Below are positions 1 to 6,540 of a stretch of 14,851 nt of DNA, piece after piece; within the stretch, counting starts at the first letter, position 1; every line of letters starts with the position of its first letter. The stretch covers positions 1-14,851 of the forward strand of contig DATDXA010000038.1 of assembly GCA_035289485.1 (NCBI GenBank). Reading direction: 5' to 3'. The position numbers and the translations under genes were made by a program. The notes under the pieces are model-generated. The model searched no databases, was not told the DNA's origin, and worked only from the letters and a program-made list of their open reading frames with translations. The DNA is from an archaeon (GTDB taxonomy: Archaea > Iainarchaeota > Iainarchaeia > Iainarchaeales > Iainarchaeaceae).

Positions 1-47
1 ATGAGCCTATCGACTATCTTTTCAACAAAATCGTTACTATACATCAT
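1..47 (-). CDS. 5' end of a gene running off the left edge (MMYSNDFVEKIVDRL...), possibly a transposase N-terminal HTH
   Basis: The minus strand reads GGAGGAG-ttccca-ATG ATG TAT AGT AAC GAT TTT GTT GAA AAG ATA GTC GAT AGG CTC. The SD is strong and 6 nt upstream, and the frame stays open to the edge. The YSxxFxxKIV pattern resembles transposase HTH starts, but only 15 codons are visible. Confidence 0.4.
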   Translation of the reverse strand, partial: MMYSNDFVEKIVDRL

Positions 48-92
48 TGGGAACTCCTCCTTGTTTTTCCAAACAAAAAGATGGAGTTCCCA
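48..92 (-). promoter_or_regulatory. stem-loop sequestering the ribosome binding site of the edge ORF
   Basis: TGGGAACTCC (48-57) and GGAGTTCCCA (83-92) form a perfect 10-bp inverted repeat. An inner stem TTGTTT/AAACAA (61-66/71-76) closes a GGAA (GNRA) loop on the minus strand. The 3' arm contains the GGAGG SD. Confidence 0.6.
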
Positions 93-134
93 CCTCAAAA
101 CCCTTACTTCAAAGCGGGGTCATATCCGCTGTCA

Positions 135-236
135 CTAAACAATTACGTCGCCAAATCGTGCCAGGCTAAGAGGATTTTTCGACCGGGTGTTTGCATAGTA
201 GGCACGATGAAGGGCACGTACATCGGGTGATGGCAT
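135..236 (-). pseudogene. 33-aa ORF (MPSPDVRALHRAYYANTRSKNPLSLARFGDVIV), possibly a gene truncated by the IS
   Basis: ATG at 236 has an AT-rich TATA-like stretch about 30 nt upstream. Its TAG falls within the first bases of the putative IS end. Confidence 0.25.
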
Positions 237-376
237 ATTACCACATATAATTATGTTTTTGGAGTATTTAATTCGGGTAGAATTGTATTTTGAATATAAT
301 AAAACCGGAACCCTGATTTGAGGCTCGGGGCCGCCACCAAGAGCCTTAAAATAACCAATAATACTAATTTAGTCCT

Positions 377-1291
377 ATGAGCGAACCCATGAAAATCGTA
401 TTCCTTGGCACAAGCGCTAGCGTGCCCACAAAGGACAGGAACCTTAGCAGCGTAGCCATCCGCTTCATGGGCGAGTGGATGCTCTTTGACGCCCCGGAAG
501 GGACGCAGAGGCAGATGATGAAGGCGGGGGTTAGCTACCTTAAAATCAACCATGTGTTTATTTCGCACCTGCACGCAGACCACATACTCGGGCTTGGAGG
601 ATTGCTTGCCACAATGAACATCCACGGCAGGGACTGGCCGCTTACAGTATACGGGCCTAAGGGAATTGAGGAAGTTGTGCAGATGAGCATGAAACTTGCG
701 ATGCTCGCGCCCGGCTTTGAAGTGAAATGCGTTCGCGTGAAGAAAGGCATTGTTCTGCAGGCGGAAAAATTCAGCGTCGAAGCAACGCCGCTTCGCCACG
801 AGGTGGAGTGCTACGGGTATGTGTTTACTGAAACAGATAAGGAAGGAGAGTTCAACAGGCAGAAAGCACTCGCTCTCGGAGTCCCGGTAGGCCCGCTCTT
901 TAGCGAGCTGCAAAGCGGCAAGAAAATAAAAATCGGGAACAAGACCGTGAAGCCTGAAGATGTGATGGACAAATCAAAGGCGCGCAAGGGGCGGAAAATA
1001 TCACTGGTGTTTGATACCGCGCCCTCAAAAGAATACCACAAGGCGATTGCGGACTCGGATATATTGATACATGAATCCTCGTTTCTTGAAGAGCTCAAGG
1101 CCCGCGCGCACGAAACCATGCACTCGACAGCGCGCGATGCCGCACTTGCGGCAAAGCAATCAGGGTGCAAAAAGCTTGTGCTCTTCCATCTGAGCGCCCG
1201 GCACAAGGACGATGAAAAGTTCGAGAACGAGGCGCGTGCGGAATTTCACAACGTTGCGGTTGCGGAAGATTTGATGGAAATAGAGCTGTGA
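377..1291 (+). CDS. rnz: ribonuclease Z (tRNase Z, short form)
   Basis: LGTSASVPTKDRN P-loop, HLHADH metal motif, flexible arm with GVPVGP, and HES, HST and HLSARH motifs; 304 aa. Confidence 0.96.
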   Translation: MSEPMKIVFLGTSASVPTKDRNLSSVAIRFMGEWMLFDAPEGTQRQMMKAGVSYLKINHVFISHLHADHILGLGGLLATMNIHGRDWPLTVYGPKGIEEVVQMSMKLAMLAPGFEVKCVRVKKGIVLQAEKFSVEATPLRHEVECYGYVFTETDKEGEFNRQKALALGVPVGPLFSELQSGKKIKIGNKTVKPEDVMDKSKARKGRKISLVFDTAPSKEYHKAIADSDILIHESSFLEELKARAHETMHSTARDAALAAKQSGCKKLVLFHLSARHKDDEKFENEARAEFHNVAVAEDLMEIEL

Positions 1292-1292
1292 A

Positions 1293-1379
1293 GTCAAGCC
1301 CATCGAGTCCTCAAGGACGAAGATGGGGTGCTTCCTCCCGACAAGCAGGTCGGGCTTGGCACCGGCACCGAACCCTGCT
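1293..1379 (+). ncRNA. structured intergenic element, copy 1 (hairpin plus pseudoknot motif)
   Basis: Hairpin CCCATC-GA-GTCC-TCAA-GGAC-GAA-GATGGG (1299-1327) is followed by GCTT-CCT-CCCGAC-AAGC-AG-GTCGGG (1330-1354). The latter is 19/25 identical to 6588-6612, with only compensatory differences. Confidence 0.55.
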
Positions 1380-1414
1380 GAGAAATATAAACCAAACTTA
1401 AAACAAAATCATGA

Positions 1415-1759
1415 ATGCGAAAAGATAGGGAACAACTCATTGAAGAAATAATAGACTCAGGCAATAAGATTATTGGAAGGATTGTCTTCACGCAAGACTA
1501 CTTGTCATTTGAAGCATTCTCTATCGGGCTGATTTCAATCATAAATGAAAAACCCGCAGAGATAATTCGTTTTGACTGCTCTATAAGAGAAAAGGTTAAT
1601 GTCCATAGGTTTTACAATAACCCTCCGACCAAGCACTACCTTGATTTGGAAAAAACCCCGGAAACCGCCCTTGAACTTTGGAATATCATCAGGGCAAACT
1701 GGCACGAATATTTGAGCAAATATAAGGAAAATCATAAGATAACCGATAAAGTTATATAA
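1415..1759 (+). CDS. hypothetical protein, TumE/DUF6516-like putative toxin
   Basis: 114 aa with EIIRFD...VHRFY and a C-terminal NWxxY, typical of small proteins encoded upstream of HVO_A0114-like HTH genes. AT-rich, with a TATA-like AAATATAA at 1383-1390. Confidence 0.55.
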   Translation: MRKDREQLIEEIIDSGNKIIGRIVFTQDYLSFEAFSIGLISIINEKPAEIIRFDCSIREKVNVHRFYNNPPTKHYLDLEKTPETALELWNIIRANWHEYLSKYKENHKITDKVI

Positions 1760-1760
1760 C
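1744..1760 (+). promoter_or_regulatory. candidate BRE/TATA promoter for the HTH gene
   Basis: CGATAAAG-TTATATAA lies about 30 nt upstream of ATG 1790. GTTATATAAC (1751-1760) is a perfect palindrome. Confidence 0.5.
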
Positions 1761-1789
1761 AGTATAAGTCAATTTAGTAGGCGATTCAA

Positions 1790-2143
1790 ATGAAAAAACT
1801 GAAAATCAAATTAGGCGGCGATGCAGCCAGGGATTTTTCCGAAATACTGCGCAGCCCATCCAAGGGCGAACCTGGAACCCGCGCATTGTACATCAAAAGC
1901 ACCAAAGAGCTTTATGAACTCTTTTCGCCAAAGAAAATTGAGATGCTCCGTTTATTGCTCTCTTACAATGGCAAGCCACAGATGATTACCGAAATAGCAA
2001 GGAAAACTCAAAGGAAGCAGGAGGCAGTGAGCCGCGATGCCATCGCACTGGAGCACTGGAACCTAATTGAAAAAATCCGTAAGGGCCGAACTGCGCTGCT
2101 GAAAGCAAAATACGACACCCTCGAAATCAGTCTCGCGCAATAA
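1790..2143 (+). CDS. winged-HTH DNA-binding protein (HVO_A0114-like), putative antitoxin
   Basis: LFSPKKIEMLRLL...ITEIARKTQRKQEAVSRDAIALEHWNLIE HTH pattern; 117 aa; directly follows the putative toxin. Confidence 0.7.
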   Translation: MKKLKIKLGGDAARDFSEILRSPSKGEPGTRALYIKSTKELYELFSPKKIEMLRLLLSYNGKPQMITEIARKTQRKQEAVSRDAIALEHWNLIEKIRKGRTALLKAKYDTLEISLAQ

Positions 2144-2192
2144 ATCTGTGCTGAGCAACCTATTTATTCCCCATTCGCTATAATTTCTTCTC

Positions 2193-2915
2193 ATGCAGGC
2201 GATAATCATGGCGGCGGGGCGCGGAGTGCGCCTGCGGCCAATCACAGAAAGGGTTCCAAAATGCATGGTAGCGGTAAAGGGCAAGCCGCTTCTTGAACGC
2301 GTGCTCACAAGCGTGATTTCTGCAGGAATCACGGAACTGAACCTTGTTGTGGGATATAAAAAGGAAATCATTGAGGACCACTTCGGCCCGAAATTTGAAG
2401 GCGTGAAAATAACCTATTTTGTCCAGCAAGAGCCAAAGGGAACAGCGCACGCCGTGAGCCTTTTGCAGGATTACATCAAAGGAAAATTCTTCGTTGCCAA
2501 TGCGGATGTGCTTGCAAGCACAAGAGATTACAAAAGGCTTATTCGGGTTGATGAGGATGAGGAGTTCAATGGGCTTGTGCTCGCGCGCAAAGACCCCGAG
2601 CCATGGAAATACGGAGTGATCAAAACAAAGGGCAACATGGTCGATTACATTGTCGAAAAGCCAAACCCTGACAAGGAGCCAAGCAACCTTGTGAATGCTG
2701 GCATTTACCGCTTCGATTCGGATTTCATGGACGCGGTGATGGCGACCGGCCTTTCGCAGCGCGGGGAATACGAGCTCGTGGATTCGATGAGAAATTATAT
2801 TGCGGCGGGAAAAAGGGTTGATTGCGTGCGCTGCGAGGACAAGTGCGTGGATATTTCAGACATTGAGGATCTCAAGATGGCGAACCAGATGGATGAGGCG
2901 ATTTTTCCCAAATAA
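2193..2915 (+). CDS. sugar-phosphate nucleotidyltransferase (RmlA/GlmU-like NTP transferase domain only)
   Basis: AAGRGVRLRPITERVPK signature plus QQEPKGTAHA, YGV, VEKP, NAGIY and RGEYEL. There is no C-terminal hexapeptide domain. Confidence 0.92.
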   Translation: MQAIIMAAGRGVRLRPITERVPKCMVAVKGKPLLERVLTSVISAGITELNLVVGYKKEIIEDHFGPKFEGVKITYFVQQEPKGTAHAVSLLQDYIKGKFFVANADVLASTRDYKRLIRVDEDEEFNGLVLARKDPEPWKYGVIKTKGNMVDYIVEKPNPDKEPSNLVNAGIYRFDSDFMDAVMATGLSQRGEYELVDSMRNYIAAGKRVDCVRCEDKCVDISDIEDLKMANQMDEAIFPK

Positions 2916-2925
2916 AATTTTTTAA

Positions 2926-3615
2926 TCAGGGGGTTTTGAAAATCTGCCCGGGCTTTAGCACCACAGGAATTGTCTTGAGTATGCTCTTTTCTATGCGCGC
3001 CTTGAAATCATTCGCATCCGCCTGGATAGTGTCAAAAGAATTGTAATGCATTGGGATTACATATTTTGGCTTCATTGTCTTTGTCGCGCGCACGGCATCA
3101 ATTACATCCATTGTTGAACTCCCGCCAATCGGAAGTATTGCAATGTCACTTTTTATTTCTGAAAAAGAATCCATAAGCGCGGAATTTCCGGCGAAGAAAA
3201 CCGATTCATCATCCTTTTGGAAAATATAGCTTACAGGATAGAAAGAATTCGGATAATGAGCCCCGCTAACAGAGATTTTTACGCCGCGCAGGTTGAATGA
3301 ATCGCCCACTTTTACGTTGTGCTTTAGTTCGCTTGGCAAATCAAGCTCATTCAGAACGGATTCGTGGCCAACGACAACTGCTTTATCGCGGTTTGCGATA
3401 ATATTTACCGCTGCCTTGTCGAAATGGTCAAAGTGCTCGTTGCTCACGCAGATGGCATCAATGCCGGTAATCTTGTCCGCGCTGAGCGGGCACTTTGCAA
3501 GCACCTTGAAGGTAGTCTCTCCTTCTGGCAGCCCGATAAAAGGGTCGACAAGGATATTCACGCCGTCAAAAGAAATTTTGAAAAAAGAGTGCCAGAGGTA
3601 TTGTACCTTCATCAT
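2926..3615 (-). CDS. metallo-beta-lactamase-fold hydrolase (UPF0173-like)
   Basis: HSFF, ILVDPFI, SNEHFDH, AH, LPIGGSSTMD and IPMHYNSF motifs. The start may be the second Met (3612). Confidence 0.88.
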   Translation of the reverse strand: MMKVQYLWHSFFKISFDGVNILVDPFIGLPEGETTFKVLAKCPLSADKITGIDAICVSNEHFDHFDKAAVNIIANRDKAVVVGHESVLNELDLPSELKHNVKVGDSFNLRGVKISVSGAHYPNSFYPVSYIFQKDDESVFFAGNSALMDSFSEIKSDIAILPIGGSSTMDVIDAVRATKTMKPKYVIPMHYNSFDTIQADANDFKARIEKSILKTIPVVLKPGQIFKTP

Positions 3616-3735
3616 TCCACAATAAGAGTAACAGTTCTGTGGTATTTAAGTGTTTCCGGTGGGAAAAACGAAAAAATGCAGCTGGGGAGCGCATGAAAAT
3701 ATTTTCCTGTGCTATTCCGGAAAAATTTCCGCGCC

Positions 3736-3776
3736 TGCCAAAATGCCAAACCAAGGGGCGAACCTTGCCAAACCAA
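3736..3776. repeat. direct repeats TGCCAAA(CCAA) in a divergent promoter region
   Basis: TGCCAAACCAA at 3744-3754 and 3766-3776 (22-bp period), plus TGCCAAA at 3736-3742. Confidence 0.5.
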
Positions 3777-3813
3777 TAAACATTTAATAGCCAAGCGGGG
3801 CAATAATAATTGC

Positions 3814-4596
3814 ATGAAAAGAATGGCAATAGTGCTGCTGATTATTTTGCTCTCGCAAGTGGCAGCGGCTCTAAAAGTCGACAAGCTCGAGATAGAAGTG
3901 GTTGTTGATGGAGAGGGTTTTGCATCCGTTACTGAAAACTATTTCCTCTCATTCATAAGCGATTTTGAATTCAATGATTTCAAGCAGAATGCGAACAAAA
4001 ATTCGGCAAGCCTGAGCGTTTGGCAAGCCAGTTATGATTTCTTCAAGCCACATTTCACAGAATCCGCCGGGAACAAAATCACATCATCTGGAATAATTTT
4101 TGATGAAACATCAAAGACGCTCCAGCTAAAATACGGGCTCACGGAAAAATTCGCAACCCTGCTGACAAGCGAACAGAGAAGCGACACATATTCCATTCCG
4201 GATTCCGCGCTTGCGGCATTCAACATTGCAGGAACAATTGTGATACCTGAAAATACGAGAATAGTAATAAGGCTGCCGGAAAACACGGAAGTTGACACAG
4301 AAAAGCTCCCGGACAAAGTTGAAGTGGCATTTGGCAATCAGATAGTTCTAAACGGCATTCAAAGCAACTCAATCAATATACAATACAGCCTGTTAAAGCC
4401 CATAGCGCCGAAAAGCGATGAAATAGTGCAGGGAATTTCCAACACATACATTTTCGCGCCGCTTGCGGTGCTGCTTCTCATCGGCACATATGCCAAGCGC
4501 GAGGAAATAGAGAAGATTGTTGAGGACTACATTGTGAACCACTCGGAAATGAAGCCGCGCGAATCCGAGGAAATAGAAATAGATTTCGGGAAATGA
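3814..4596 (+). CDS. hypothetical secreted/surface protein with C-terminal membrane anchor
   Basis: Start re-assigned to ATG 3814 because MKRMAIVLLIILLSQVAAA is a signal peptide. The body looks beta-rich, followed by TM helix YIFAPLAVLLLIGTYA and an acidic tail. Confidence 0.8.
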   Translation: MKRMAIVLLIILLSQVAAALKVDKLEIEVVVDGEGFASVTENYFLSFISDFEFNDFKQNANKNSASLSVWQASYDFFKPHFTESAGNKITSSGIIFDETSKTLQLKYGLTEKFATLLTSEQRSDTYSIPDSALAAFNIAGTIVIPENTRIVIRLPENTEVDTEKLPDKVEVAFGNQIVLNGIQSNSINIQYSLLKPIAPKSDEIVQGISNTYIFAPLAVLLLIGTYAKREEIEKIVEDYIVNHSEMKPRESEEIEIDFGK

Positions 4597-4598
4597 AT

Positions 4599-5021
4599 TC
4601 ATTTTTTCTTTTTCTTAAAACTCCTGTGCTTTTTTATCTCGCCGTGCATCGCCCCTGAAAAATCCGCCCCGATTTTTTTGAGGATGTTCTGGACGCTGTA
4701 ATCGTCCGTGAGCACGGTGAATTTTTGCCCGCGGCCCTTGAACTCCGAGGCGAGCGCAACAATGGAAATGTCGGCTTCGCTTAGGCGGGTTCCGGACTGC
4801 CCGCACTTTTCGGTGGTTTTCTGTATCGAAAGCGGGCAGGGGTCCTGAATAATGAGTGAACCGGTGGACGCGGCATTTTCCGCCAAGAGGCGGCTTCGAA
4901 AATCACGCCATTCCGCAAACACCTTTGAAGTGGTGTAATGCTTGTTTTTGGCGTCAAATGAGAAAAGCTCGTCATTTAGGAGCGCTGAGGCGTCAAGAAG
5001 GTAAATCATCACAATTGCCAT
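4599..5021 (-). CDS. nob1: Nob1-family PIN-domain endonuclease (no zinc ribbon)
   Basis: YLLDASA, VFAEWRD, LSEADISIVALA and LTDDYSVQN form the Nob1 PIN signature. The start may be at 5009 (MIYLLD). Confidence 0.85.
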   Translation of the reverse strand: MAIVMIYLLDASALLNDELFSFDAKNKHYTTSKVFAEWRDFRSRLLAENAASTGSLIIQDPCPLSIQKTTEKCGQSGTRLSEADISIVALASEFKGRGQKFTVLTDDYSVQNILKKIGADFSGAMHGEIKKHRSFKKKKK

Positions 5022-5079
5022 TTAGAAGAGGCTGTTGAACGCTTTTAATTTTATTGATGCACTAATATGAAGTGTTTGC

Positions 5080-6540
5080 ATGGATTTGAAGGCAATTGCA
5101 GCGGCCCTTAGTGACATTGAAAAGAAAACCCTGCGCGCGCTCACAAAAGAGCCGGCTTCGCTTGAAGAGGTTTCTTCTAGGGCCGGAATAGGGATTGATT
5201 CGGTGCGCCGCGCATCATCATGGCTTTCTGAAAAGGGACTTGCTAAAACAGACGAAAACAAAACGAAAAAACTTGTTCTGACATCTGCGGGGAAGGACGC
5301 GCTTGATCGGGGCCTTCCGGAAAAGAGGCTTTTGCAAAAGCTTTCTGAAAAAGGCGCGCTTGATTTTCTCTCAGCCAAGGAACAAACAGGCCTTGGAGAG
5401 CAGGAATTTAACGCAGCACTTGGAGTGAACAAGCGCAAGGCATTCATTGCAATACTGCGCTCTCAGCCCCCGAAGATTGAGATTACTGAAGTCGGAAAGG
5501 AATTCCTCCCGCAGAAAACCCCAGAAGAAAAGGCGCTTTTGGAAATTTCAAAATCCGGAAAAGCCGACGCTTCACTTGCAAAAGAACTAATTACGCGCGG
5601 GCTTGCAGAGGAGAAGGAAGAATCTGCATGGAAAATGAGCGCAACTAAGGAGGGGGAGAATGTTCTTGAGCTAAAGGAGTTCTCAGCGCAGCGCGCATAC
5701 AATATCGAAGACCCTGTGCCAAAAATTCACATAGGAAAAAAGCAGCCATATATCCAGTTCCTAAACACCATCCGCAGAAAGCTCACGGAGCTCGGATTTA
5801 AGGAAATGGAGGCGCCCCTAATTGTTCCCGAGTTTTATAATTTTGATGTGCTCTTCCAGCCGCAAAACCACCCCGCGCGCACATGGACCGATACTTACCA
5901 ACTCAAGGCGCCCAACAGCGGCAAACTAGCCGACAGAAGAGCGGTGCAGGCGATTAAGGCAGCGCACGAAAACGGGGGAGTTTCAGGCTCGAGCGGATGG
6001 GGGTATAGGTGGAGCGAGGAAATTGCATCAAGAATTATGCCAGCGGCACATGGCACGGCGCACACGGCAAGGCAGCTCACAAAAATCACACAAAAAGACA
6101 TACCTTGTAAGTACTTCACAATTGCAAGATGCTTCAGGCCCGATGTTTTGGACGCCACGCACCTTATTGAATTCAACCAAACAGATGGCTTCATACTTGG
6201 AGATAACCTCAATTTCCGCCACCAGCTCGGCGTTCTTGAGCAATTCGCAAAGGAAATCGCGGGAGCGCAGGAAGTAAAATTCCTGCCGGATTATTATCCT
6301 TTCACAGAGCCCTCTGTGCAGCTCTCCGCAAAGCACCCAACGCTTGGATGGGTTGAGCTTGGAGGCGCCGGGATGCTGCGCCCGGAAATTCTCAAAAACC
6401 TTGGAATAAACTGCATGGGCTTTGCATGGGGAATAGGAATTGACCGCCTTGCGATGTTTAAGCTCGGGATAAAAGACATCAGATATCTCTTCTCGGATAA
6501 CCTTGAGTGGCTGCGCAAAACTCCTCAGGTGATTGAATGA
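5080..6540 (+). CDS. pheS: phenylalanine--tRNA ligase alpha subunit (archaeal type)
   Basis: N-terminal winged-helix extension, NFDVLFQPQNHPAR, RCFRPDVLDATHLIEFNQ, YYPFTEPS and GIGIDRLAM. Confidence 0.98.
   Translation: MDLKAIAAALSDIEKKTLRALTKEPASLEEVSSRAGIGIDSVRRASSWLSEKGLAKTDENKTKKLVLTSAGKDALDRGLPEKRLLQKLSEKGALDFLSAKEQTGLGEQEFNAALGVNKRKAFIAILRSQPPKIEITEVGKEFLPQKTPEEKALLEISKSGKADASLAKELITRGLAEEKEESAWKMSATKEGENVLELKEFSAQRAYNIEDPVPKIHIGKKQPYIQFLNTIRRKLTELGFKEMEAPLIVPEFYNFDVLFQPQNHPARTWTDTYQLKAPNSGKLADRRAVQAIKAAHENGGVSGSSGWGYRWSEEIASRIMPAAHGTAHTARQLTKITQKDIPCKYFTIARCFRPDVLDATHLIEFNQTDGFILGDNLNFRHQLGVLEQFAKEIAGAQEVKFLPDYYPFTEPSVQLSAKHPTLGWVELGGAGMLRPEILKNLGINCMGFAWGIGIDRLAMFKLGIKDIRYLFSDNLEWLRKTPQVIE

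Larger units (their letters stand above)
1..141 (-). mobile_element. possible insertion sequence left end
   Basis: The minus strand from 141 reads TGTTTAGTGACAGCGGATATGACCCC, a TGT-start terminus loosely like IS21-type inverted repeats. An SD-led ORF follows, and the upstream ORF stops exactly here. The partner end is not visible. Confidence 0.3.

Noticed and set aside
78..135. GATGGAGTTC resembling the start of a fluoride (crcB) riboswitch
   Set aside because: The P1 pairing and the downstream GCTRATGAC-like segment are missing. The segment is explained as one arm of the RBS hairpin.
251..913. 220-aa minus-strand ORF and other long antisense ORFs (e.g. 6028-6618, 6703-7209, 9484-10263, 13094-13537)
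   Set aside because: They are shadows of well-supported genes on the opposite strand and have no recognisable motifs.
1292..1380. Known small ribozyme (hammerhead, HDV-like) or SECIS after a TGA
   Set aside because: There is no CUGANGA/GAAA core, and I could not build an HDV-like nested double pseudoknot by eye. Both TGAs fall at the normal C-termini of RNase Z and PheS.
3709..3813. N-terminal extensions in the ORF track for the surface protein (3709) and rfcL (9995)
   Set aside because: The signal peptide (3814) and the conserved WxEKY start (9956) indicate later starts. The extensions cover promoter-like DNA.
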